39,161 nt of DNA from Octopus bimaculoides (taxonomy: Eukaryota): assembly GCF_001194135.2 (NCBI RefSeq), contig NC_069005.1:32122529-32161689 (forward strand). Reading direction: 5' to 3'. Below, in pieces: positions 12,548 through 22,586 of this stretch. How positions within the stretch are numbered: position 1 is the stretch's first letter; each line of letters opens with the position of its first letter. Position numbers and translations under genes: made by a program. Under the pieces are notes generated by a model. That model ran no database searches and was not told the DNA's origin. It saw only the letters and a list, made by a program, of their open reading frames with translations.

Positions 12548-12730
12548 TAAGGTGGTGAGCTGGCAGAATCGTTAGCACGCCAGGTGTCTGCATTTTTTCT
12601 GTCCTTACGTTCTGTGTTCAAATTCAGGTTTTGCCTTTCATCCTTTTGGGGTTGATAAATTAAGCATCTGTGATGTAATTGACTAGTCCTCAACCCCAAA
12701 ATTTCAGGCCTTGTGCCTATAGTAGAAAGG
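12255..12730 (+). mobile_element. Two tandem SINE copies separated by a long (ATT)n tract
   Basis: Both copies carry B-box-like GTTCAAA and CCTTTCATCCTT motifs; (ATT)n spans about 12480-12547. Confidence 0.75.
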
Positions 12731-12789
12731 ACTATTATTATTATTATTATTATTATCAGTTTTATCATTCATGTTACACTTAACAGATT

Positions 12790-12920
12790 AGACAACTGAA
12801 AAAGAAAAAAATCCTAACATTAGGCTACAACAAGTAACCTTAGATGCCAAGAACCCTTCTAAGTACCCCCTAGCTGTCCCTAATAACACTGTTTTCTGAA
12901 GCTGTACTACACCAGGGATT
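12790..12920 (-). mobile_element. REL-type LINE 3' end remnant
   Basis: VVQLQKTVLLGTARGYLEGFL resembles the LQKAALLGTA motif, with (TAA)n just downstream. Confidence 0.6.
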
Positions 12921-13522
12921 ATTATTGTTGTTGTTGTTATTACTAATATTATTATTTCCAATCTGAGGTTTTTGGAATGCCTCCTGTTGATCACTTTTTA
13001 TGACAAATAAAAGAATCAGAATATTTCTTGTTGTTGTTGTTTGTTCTTTTGCATGCCTGTGTATGTGTGTGTGTGTGAGACTATGTGTATGTGTGTAGGG
13101 GGAATGTCTGTGTGTTTGAATGTGTGTGTGTGTGTATGAGACTATGTGTATGTGTATGTGTACATATGCATGTGAGGAGGAGATGTCTGTGTGTGTGTTT
13201 TTGACTCTGCCGTGTTTATACCCACTTGTTGAAATAACATTCCATATTCTGTCATTTTGGGTCAGTTTAGGTCAGAAAAGTGACACTCATGATAAAAAAA
13301 AGAACCAAAAAGAAAAAAAAAAACCAACAACTCCCACCATCGACACCTACACCACCACCACCACCTACAACACCACCAATTACAACCCACTGCCCCTACC
13401 ACCACCACCACCACCCCTTCCACTATGACGTCCTGGTGTGACCTGCCTTGGATTGGAATTTCCCTTTATATACACATGCCTGTCTGTGAATTGTTTACTG
13501 CTTATTGAGTACATAATATGTG

Positions 13523-13556
<34 letters not shown>

Positions 13557-13601
13557 TATGTATATATATGTGAGTGTGTGTGTTGGTGTATNNNNNNNNN
13601 N

Positions 13602-13639
<38 letters not shown>

Positions 13640-14298
13640 CACACATGAACATATATATACATGTTGTTTACCATCTATAGTTGAGTTCATAATTATATGC
13701 ATACATACATATATCTATGTATGTATATGTATATATACTTATGTGTGTGTATATATTTGTACATACACACACACACATCTACATACTATGTATATTATGT
13801 AACACACCAAAGGAATTCATTCCAAACAGAAAAAAAAGAAAAGAAAAGAACCTTACAAGAATTCATAATTATTTTTGTTCCAAACCAAAAACTTCCACTT
13901 GAATTCCCCAGAGAGAGAAAAACATGGCTGCTTCCTCCACAGATCCACGCATAGCTTTGCTTTGTGGTTCAGAACCTCACCTTCTAATTAACTTTGTAGT
14001 TTCAGGTTCAATTCCACCTTGCAGTGCCTTGGGCCACTGTATTCTGTCAATCTGTTGAGCCGACCAAAGATTTGTCATTGAAATTTGGTAGATGGGAACT
14101 GAAAAAGTTTGGTGAGGGACCATTCCTTGTTTTGGGGGTTTTGTTTTTTAAGGGAGATGATTTATCACTTTTTGACAGGACAAAGAAAACCTTTTTTGAC
14201 GCCTGTTGATTGTGGTGGTTTGGGCAACCGAGAATCCTTAGATTCGGTTTCGAATCTAAGCTTGGAGAAGGAAGTGTTAATTTTTATTGTACGTTTTC

Positions 14299-14646
14299 TT
14301 AAAACAGTATCATTCCTGATGTACCAACAGTTTCTGTACCAATTCCTTTAATGGTTGAATAAAACGTAGCAGTTAATTGCAACTCGTTTTCTTGTATTTC
14401 TTTCTCCTGTTTATACACAACTCGTTGGAACCAAGAAACTGTAATTATACCAGGGCCTGAGATACGTTAATCAAAATGCTAAACATAAAAACGGTACATA
14501 TATTCAAGATGAAAACAATCACACTTCTCAGTGATGTTCGTCACTGCGTATAGTGCAATGGTACGGTGTACATTAGCTGCTACTTCTGAAATGCTTAACA
14601 TACCACAAGAAGGTAATATACGTATAGGTGTCTGTGGACATAGCAT
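14299..14646 (-). CDS. Candidate two-exon 66-aa micro-ORF divergent from VKOR (speculative)
   Basis: Exon 14646-14604, GTATGT donor, 147-nt intron with TTAAC branch and TCAG acceptor, then exon 14456-14299 in frame. No recognisable homology. Confidence 0.25.
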
Positions 14647-14697
14647 AATGAAGGAAGCGTTTCGGTTCTTTTTATGAAATTTCGGGCTGTCACTAGT

Positions 14698-14712
14698 CAC
14701 TTCCGGTTCCGT
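14698..14712. promoter_or_regulatory. ETS/GABP-like site upstream of VKOR
   Basis: CACTTCCGGTTCCG (CCGGAAGTG on the - strand), about 370 nt upstream of the VKOR ATG. Confidence 0.4.
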
Positions 14713-15075
14713 TCACAATTTAGTTTCACTTTTGTTAAGATAATTTACATTCACTTTTTTTACGACCATAAATATTATTAGAACGATCCGAATCGCCACC
14801 AAAAGTTTTCTTTTCTTTTTCTTTTTCAAACTCTTAACATAATTGTAATCTAGACCTTCGAAAACTTAATTTGAAAATTCACAACAGGTCTTTCAACGAA
14901 TAAAAAGTAATATATCGGATAAGATATTGTCCGATATTATCGAAAATCTAATTTGAAAAACGTATTTTTCATAAAGTTATGATGCTGGAGCACTAATCTG
15001 TAGTTATGCCCTTTAAGTTCTAACACACCTGTGAAGAGTTATGCAAAAAGAAATACAATTAGTTGTCATCGAAAC

Positions 15076-15257
15076 ATGGCGGTGTCGAACATCAGTGGAA
15101 AGTTTACGAAATATCTCTTATTTATTCTTTCTTTATTCGGCTTCATTCTCTCAATGTACGCATTTCATGTAGGGACAGTCAAACAGAAAAACGATTCCTA
15201 TAACCCATGGTGTGATTTTAGCCGAACTATGAGTTGTTCTCAAATATTTACATCGCG
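15076..15257 (+). CDS. VKORC1: VKOR exon 1
   Basis: MAVSNISG...WCDFSRTMSCSQIFTSR; donor CG|GTAAGT. Confidence 0.93.
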
Positions 15258-16087
15258 GTAAGTAAAACCGGTGTAAATTTTTATTAAGTCCGCCCTTAAA
15301 AAATTTATTGGCAAACGAACAGCCCCTTCCTTTATTTTTTCCTAGATTTTCTTCTATAGGTGGGAAACCTTATATATTATCCTACGACTGATGAATGTAT
15401 ATGAGTTTGTTGCATATTTTCATTTAGCTTCTCCTGCAGTACCACCGGCTCCACCATCGAAGGTTATCGCGAGGTAAATTGCACTGGACTCAACTAAGGA
15501 TTGAAACTGGGTTGTGGGGTTTGATCTATCGGTCATTAAAACTACATGCAGCAAGAAACCACGGAGCAGCTTCTACATGGTCCCTCCACATGTTAGAAAT
15601 AACCCCCAATTTGTCCTTACAACATATTCTACTGTTTTAGAAGAACGAAAGAAAAACAACACGTTGGACTATATTGTCCTGGGTACACAACTATTGTAGA
15701 AAAGACGGGCTGATCACGGTTGGAATGCCTTCTGTAATACATCGATCTGCTCGATCAGGACTAACCGCGTGACTAAATATCAACAACTCAAACGTAACAG
15801 CAGCCAGGCCCCTTTAAATTCACACATCGTTTTAAAAAATACATTACGCACCCATGTGTATACACACACATCTTAATTAACATGTAATTTAATCACTAAT
15901 TTTATCAATACTGATCAACAAATTGTCATTTAAATGATTACCTTATATCTTATCTATTTGTGTGTATGTGTTGTCGTTTTTGATAGGCAGAAGTTACGTG
16001 GTGACTCAAATTTATTGTAGCGAAGTCAGTTTGATGCCGCACACGAAACACTTGACCCCTGAGTCCCAATTAAAAATAGTCTGTATT

Positions 16088-16127
<40 letters not shown>

Positions 16128-19039
16128 GCATGATATTTGAGCGTTAAGTTTTCCTTGTCTCATCACGTGTGTCCTTGTTATTTAACACTAGGCAAGTCCT
16201 TTTCGAGCAGTCGTTTTGTTGAAGACGTTACAGCCGTTATAATCCCTTTTATTTTACCACTACCCACCCACCCCACACACAACATAATTATGACTATCTT
16301 ATCCGATATATTACTTTTTATTCACTGAAAGACCTGGGGGAGGTTTTGGCTGCTACATCTAGCAGATCAGGTAACCATACAGAGGTTCACTCGTTATTTT
16401 GCGCCTCGAAATGTGTAGAAAGAAGATTCATTCGTTAACAGTTTGTGTTTTGATTAAAATACATCCTGACCAACATGCTTGTGTACATGTATACGTGTGA
16501 GTGAGTGCGTGTGTACGTATGTTAGTGCACGTGCAAGCACCTTCAGCAGCGTCGTCAAATGACCTCTACGGAAACAACCCCCAATTCCGAGGTCAATTAA
16601 GGATTGTGTTGTTTACGTTACAGATTATAGCACGAGCGGGAGGAGGAGTGGGGATCTATTATTAATTTTAGTTTAATCTCTGGAGGGGAAATCGTTTGGC
16701 TAACAAACTGGAATGATGGCTGTGGTGATTACACGGTTTGTAGTAGTTGTAGCAGCAGCATCTACAGCAGTAGTATTAGTCAAAGTTCCCTGGCTCTGGG
16801 TTTCCCAGAGGGACTTTGCGGAATGAAAAGAAAAATGGGACTGTCAGGTTCTCGTGTTTAGTAATAATGGTTTCAAATTTTGGCACAAGGCCAGCAGATT
16901 TGGGGAAAGTGGATGAATCGATTAAATCAACCCCCCTGTGTTCAAACTGGTACTTATTTTATCAACCCTGAAAGGATGAAAGTCGACTTCAGTGGAATTT
17001 GAACTCAGAACGTTAGGACAGATGAAATGCTACTAAGCATTTTGCTCATTGTGCTAACGATTCTGCCAGGTAAGCTAGCAGCCTTAGAAAGGATGAAAGG
17101 CAAAGTCAACCCCAGCAGAATTTGAACTCTGGACAAAATGCTGCTAAGCATCTTTGTCCATTGTGCTAATGATTCCACCAGCTCGCCATCATGTTAACAG
17201 TATCAAGCTTTTTGATGCCAACCTGGCTGAAACCACCTCTGGCTCTATAGTACAAATGTTTTATTTTCAAAAGTTCTGAATTAAAATCTTCCACCAAAAC
17301 CTTAGTCACAATTTATGTTCCTAACACTAGCTTAATGATAACTAAGTTATTTTACTAAATTCTTTGTTATATTTAAAATTAATTGAAAGCAACACAAAGC
17401 ATCTCAAAATAAATAGAGTAACGAAAGGGTTAAAATGGTTTTAGAAAGTTATCTTAAAACTTATGCAGCACCATGGCAGAGAATGAAAAAATTATTTGGA
17501 GACAAAGATGCAAAGATGGAAACACTTTTTTTGCAATTTTGAGATGACATTACAGACTGATGTGGGCACATCAACGGTGAGGTCATGAATGGTTTCTGAT
17601 AAGCCAATAGACTGATTGATTGATCATACAATTAATCAAACAATCAATTAGTGAACTAGTTAATTAGTTAACCCTTTCATTAACATATTTCTGTTGAATT
17701 ACACTGGTTTTGCTTCAATTAATTTTGAAAATAAGAATTTAGTAAAATAACTTTGTCCATTATTAAGTTGATGTTTTGAACATATAATTAACATGAAATT
17801 TTAATGAAATGTTTTAATTTAGATCACTTTAAAACAGGGAATTTGTATCATAGATGAATGGGTAGTCCAGCATGGCTCTGTAGTATAAATGTCTTGTTTT
17901 CATAAGTTTTGAATTAAAATCTTCCACCAAACCTTACTGACAATTTGTATTCCTAACACTAGTTGAATGATAACTAAGTTATTTTACTAAATTTTTTGCT
18001 ATACTTAAAATTAATTGAAAGAAACACAGAGCATCTCAAAATAAATACAGTAACAAAAGGGTTAAGGGTCAGCCACATTTAGGTGGCATATATTACTTCA
18101 CGATGTTGTGCGGCTGCTGTTTATACCTCGCTCAGAGATTTATTATTGCTTCTTCAGGTTGTATTTACTTTTAGTAAACAAGAAATTACACGTAAATGCT
18201 TGCATTAATGTCTGCTTAGCATTGAGCCATACAATCGTATATTCACAACAAATTATTCTATAATTTGTCCTTTTCTGGTTACAGGTATGGTAAAGGATTT
18301 GGTCTGGTGGACAGGATTCTATCGAAGGACAGTATTTTCAATCAACCCAGTAGTGTCTTTGCAATGGCCTTTTATATGATGCAAATCTTTATGAGTGAGT
18401 AGAGTGGTTAGACTTGCTTAAGAAGAATATTTGATGTACTCCATGCTACTGCTTTCTCCTTTCACTGTGTGTCTGTAAAATGATGTCTAAGTGTGTGTGT
18501 GTATGTGCATGAGTTTGTATGTGTATGAGTGTGTGTGTGCATGAAGGTGTGTGTGTATATATATGTGTATGTGTGTATATGTCTTCTCTTTCTTATTCAT
18601 TCATTCTTCCTAACTTATTCTTCCTCTCTTATTCATTCATTCTATCTCATTCTCTCTCTTTACATTCATTGATTCTATCTCTTTCCCTCTTATTCATTCA
18701 TTCTTTCTCAGTCTCTTTCATTCCTTCCTTCTAACTTATTCTCCCTCTCTTTCATTCTTCCTCATTCTCTCTTTCTCATTCATTCATTCTCTCTCATTCT
18801 CCCTGTTTCTCTCTCTCTTTCTTGCAGCCATTACCAAATCGGACGACGCCATTGCTATGCAAAGCCTTGTTTCTCTTCTGGCAAACTTTGGCTCCATCTA
18901 CTTCTTCTATGTACTTTATAGTCTTCAGAACTTTTGCCTCATTTGCATATCACTTTACATAATCAATGCTTTGATTCTCGTTTGCGTGCTGCTTCGGTTA
19001 ATCACTCTCCATAAACAGACACTGAAGAAGACCCACTAA
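15076..19039 (+). CDS. VKORC1: Vitamin K epoxide reductase (VKORC1/VKORC1L1 family), complete, 3 exons, 167 aa
   Basis: Exons 15076-15257, 18285-18394 and 18828-19039 (504 nt, all GT-AG). Loop cysteines CDFSRTMSC, SRYGKGFG, active-site CLIC and C-terminal KKTH ER-retrieval motif. Intron positions match vertebrate VKOR. Confidence 0.95.
17668..18065. mobile_element. piggyBac-like MITE in VKOR intron 1
   Basis: TTAA-CCCTTT...AAAGGG-TTAA ends with ~100 bp imperfect inverted arms. A second right-half copy at about 17200-17433 also ends AAAGGGTTAA. Confidence 0.78.
18285..18394 (+). CDS. VKORC1: VKOR exon 2 (110 nt)
   Basis: TTACAG acceptor; YGKGFGLVDRILSKDSIFNQPSSVFAMAFYMMQIFM; GTGAGT donor. 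Confidence 0.94.
18580..18820 (+). repeat. (CATT)/(CT) low-complexity pyrimidine tract
   Basis: About 240 nt of TTCATTCATTCTCTCT-type sequence directly before the VKOR exon 3 acceptor. Confidence 0.85.
18828..19039 (+). CDS. VKORC1: VKOR exon 3
   Basis: Long pyrimidine tract and TTGCAG acceptor; ...NFCLICISLYIIN...KKTH*. Confidence 0.94.
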
Positions 19040-20012
19040 TCCACAGGTGGATTATGCAAGGTGGATTAAACAGGTGGATTAAGCAAAGGAAAGTGGTAAA
19101 CAGAAGGAAAAAAAAATAACAACAAAGACACTAAGAAGCAAACGAACGCTTTAATGAACAAATGAAGGGGCTAATGAATTAACGAACTAATGAAAGCATT
19201 AACAAACAAAATGAATTAACATGTTAATGAAATAATGAATGAATGAATGACAGTATTAAAGAACAAGCGAAAAAGTTAACGAGCCAAGAAGGGTTTTAAT
19301 TAACAAGAAAAAGTATTTTTTTAAATAAAAGAAAAAAATTCACAAAAATTAAAATTTGGAAAATTTTGTTAAAAGAAAAAAATATTACAGAAGAAACTCT
19401 AAGTAGGAAACCAAATAATTTTGGCAGATTTGAAAGTAGGAAAATTTAATATTCTAAGAAAAAAAATGAATTGGAGAAATTTCTAAAAAGGAAAACAAAA
19501 TTTTAAAAACTACAAAAAAAATTCAAAGAAATTTGAGAAAAGGAGAAATATAAGAAAAAATATATATATAAAAAAGGAAAAAAATTAAACGGAAAAGAAA
19601 AATTTAGACATTCCCACTTGTAGTGATTCTGTCCAAATTCCAAGAATTTTGGCAGCAATAGTTACTGGTATTGATTTCTTATGGCTGCGGTCATCTCATA
19701 TGCATATGTGAGGGTTAGGGTAAAGATGTGATAGGCTGGTAAGTAAAATAGGATTGCCAGAAAGAAATGAGCAAAAACAATTTGTTATGAGAGAATTTGG
19801 AAACTGTGCTGTATCTCGTACATATACATATATATGTGTGATCACTAAAAGCTTTAAGCTTATATAAAAATACTATTATTATTATTTACAGGATTGTAAA
19901 ACATGGCGCCGTATAAAAAAAACCATTCGCACCGAAAGCATATAGAAAGTTTGTTTACTTAGAACAAATACGAACTAATATAATTTTTAAATTTGACAGA
20001 AATGGGGAGGCT

Positions 20013-20084
20013 AATTCGCTGGTGTAAAGGTAACACATTTAGTCACGTTAACAAAGGGATGTGGGTTCGACTCCCACACAAACA
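20013..20084 (+). pseudogene. tRNA-like remnant (pseudo-tRNA or SINE head)
   Basis: D-arm GTGT-AAAGGTA-ACAC and perfect T-arm GTGGG-TTCGACT-CCCAC at tRNA-like spacing. Acceptor and anticodon stems do not pair. A T-run follows downstream. Confidence 0.5.
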
Positions 20085-21105
20085 GGAAAGCCTTCTTTTT
20101 TTTGTCAAGGGCTTATATGCCTATTTTCCTTAGTCATTGCACGGTGATCGCTAAAAGCTTTAAGCTTATATAAAACATACCATTATTATTATTATTTACA
20201 GCATTGTAAAACATGGCGCTGTATAAAAAAACTGGCATAAAAAAATTAATTATTGGGGATAGATTTGTTTGAATAACCCAACAAGATGGTGCCCCAGTAT
20301 GGCCACAGTCCAATGATTGAAACAAGTAAAAGAACAAGAAAGACATCCATTCCAAGAATTTAATTTGCTAAAAACCGTTTTTTTCTAATTTACCTATTTT
20401 TTACATTGTACTTTTTTTATGTTTTTGTTTTTTAGAAAATAAAAAAAAAATCTGTTCCAGATTTCTTTGTTTGTTGAATGTCTGTTATTCCATGTTAATA
20501 TATCTTAGACAGGGATGTATTTGAGGGAGAGCTATGCGGCTGGATGCTCTTCCAATCACCAACCCCTGTCTGTCTTTTAAAATATAATATAATGAATGAA
20601 CTTATAGTATGGAGTGCTGCTCAGGTACACCACAACACATCAGAAAATTTAACCCAAAATGCAATAACGGTGCATCGAATAATGCTCAGGGAAATGAAGA
20701 ATGAAGGAATCATAAAAAAAAAATTTAGGGGACATCAGATGTACAGTTGCTGAATTTCAGTCTTCTTTCTTGGCACCACTTTCTCCTTGGTCGGGTACCC
20801 ATGTACCTCCTCTAGAGCAAGGCACCTGTTTCTGCCTCTCTGTTGCACTCTAATCTTTCATCATCCGATGGTGTTGGTGTGTTTACATCCCTGTAACTTA
20901 GCGGTTTGGCAAAAGAGCCCAATAGAATAAGTACCAGATTTTAAAAAAGTGGGGTTGATACATTCGACTAAATACTTCTAAGTAGCGCCCCAGCATGGCC
21001 ACAGTCTAATGACTAAAACAAATAAAAGATGAAGAAAAATGATGTTTTTTTTTTTATATTTATATTTAAATAGAAAAAAAACGGAGAAAAATATTTTAAA
21101 AACTG

Positions 21106-21136
<31 letters not shown>

Positions 21137-21427
21137 CTGTTGAAGAAAAATAAAGTTTTAATTAGTTAATTGATTTTGTAATTAGGAAACGGATGGAGAT
21201 GTATTGGAATAAGATGACGATGGTGTAGAGGGTGGGGGTGGAGGCATAAAGAAAACAGGAAATGTTTTAAATGAAGTCTTTGGGGTAGGAAGATACATTG
21301 GTGTATACGTGTGTGTATGAATGGGTGTGTGCCGTCAGCTTCGTTCTATGTCTCTTTTTTTATGTTTACATGTGTGTATACACACATATATATATATATA
21401 CACACGTGTGTGTGTATGTGTGTGAAG

Positions 21428-21690
21428 ACGCATGGCTCAGTGGTTAGAGCGTCAGGTTCACAATCACATTGCTCCAGTTCACTCAGCTGTAGAAATGGGT
21501 TGTGATGTCACTGGTGCCAAGCTGTATTGGCCCCTTTGCCTTTCCCTTGGGTAACATCGGTGGCGTGAAGAGAGGAGGCTGATATGCATGGGCTACTGCT
21601 AGTCTTCCATAAACAATCTTGTCTGGACTTGTGCCTTTCTTGGGGAACTTTCTAGGTGCAATACCATGGTCATTCATGACCAAAGGGGCA
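21428..21690 (+). mobile_element. tRNA-headed SINE of a second family, internally deleted
   Basis: A-box-like TGGCTCAGTGGTTAGAGCG; the 3' part is homologous to 28350-28460. Confidence 0.65.
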
Positions 21691-22246
21691 ATAACAAGCC
21701 AGCAAAAAAGGTTCATGCAGTCATCCAACCTGCTAAAAATAACAGCCAAATCTCCCTCAAATTATGCTTTATAATTTAAACAAAGAACATAGAATAATGC
21801 AATCTTACATAGACAATGCAGAAGGAGAGAAGACACAAGATGAGAAATCATGGCTGGAAAGCTATTCATCATAGGCCTATTCAACCAGCCTTGGCCCAGG
21901 GTTAAACAAAAGCAACAACAATTTAGTTATTTTAATAAAAATTTATTCTTAGATTTTGTGTTTTGCATTTTTATAGCCTCACCATCATCATCATCACTGT
22001 TATTTTTATGTCGAGTTTAATTCTTTTTTTTTTTTCCATGCTAGCATGAGTTAGTCAGGACTTCTTGAGACAGTCTTCTATGGTCAGTTGCCCTCTTCAG
22101 ATGCAAACCTACGTTTTTCAAGTAATTCTATGTCATCAAATGCTGAATCACCAAATTGTAAAACAGAGACAAACATCAATGCTTCCTTCCCAAATGATCT
22201 CAATGCAGAAAGACAAGAAGACGATGACACACACATACACACCTTA

Positions 22247-22370
22247 TACGAGGTGGTATCAAAACGTTTCCGGACTAGTTCTGTAGCCAGCCAACAGATG
22301 GCAGCACATGGTTGTGTGTGCAGTGACCTTCATGAGGCAGTGTGCTGAGTGACATCGCTTCTGACCAATC
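22247..22370 (+). mobile_element. Truncated mariner-like terminal fragment
   Basis: TA followed by CGAGGTGGTATCAAAACGTTTCCGGACT resembles mariner TIRs. No partner end was seen. Confidence 0.5.
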
Positions 22371-22519
22371 AACAGAGATTTATATAAATACCAAAGCCTT
22401 GTGAGTGGATTTGGTAGACGGAAACTGAAAGAAGCTTGTCATATATATATATGTGTATGTATGTATGTATATGTCCAAACAAGTGTTCAAGAACTTCATG
22501 TTCGATGTACAATGGTATT

Positions 22520-22586
22520 TCACGTGTTGTTTTTCCGAATTTTTTTCTTCAATATTTTCGGAGGTCCAAGGAATTTGAATGTAGTT
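22520..22586 (-). CDS. GTF2H3: GTF2H3 exon 12 (last coding exon)
   Basis: [21 protein letters not shown]; basic tail as in orthologues. Confidence 0.9.

Noticed and set aside
26-13954. Dozens of supplied ORFs rich in YI, CV, HT, poly-V/H/G/P or X
   Set aside because: They are translations of microsatellites or N gaps, with no splice signals or protein motifs.
20013-20084. Functional tRNA gene
   Set aside because: Acceptor and anticodon stems do not pair and the loop lacks U33 and purine 37; kept only as a remnant.
22065-22348. 73-86 aa ORFs on the + strand downstream of GTF2H3
   Set aside because: They run into mariner and microsatellite sequence and have no recognisable motif or splice context.
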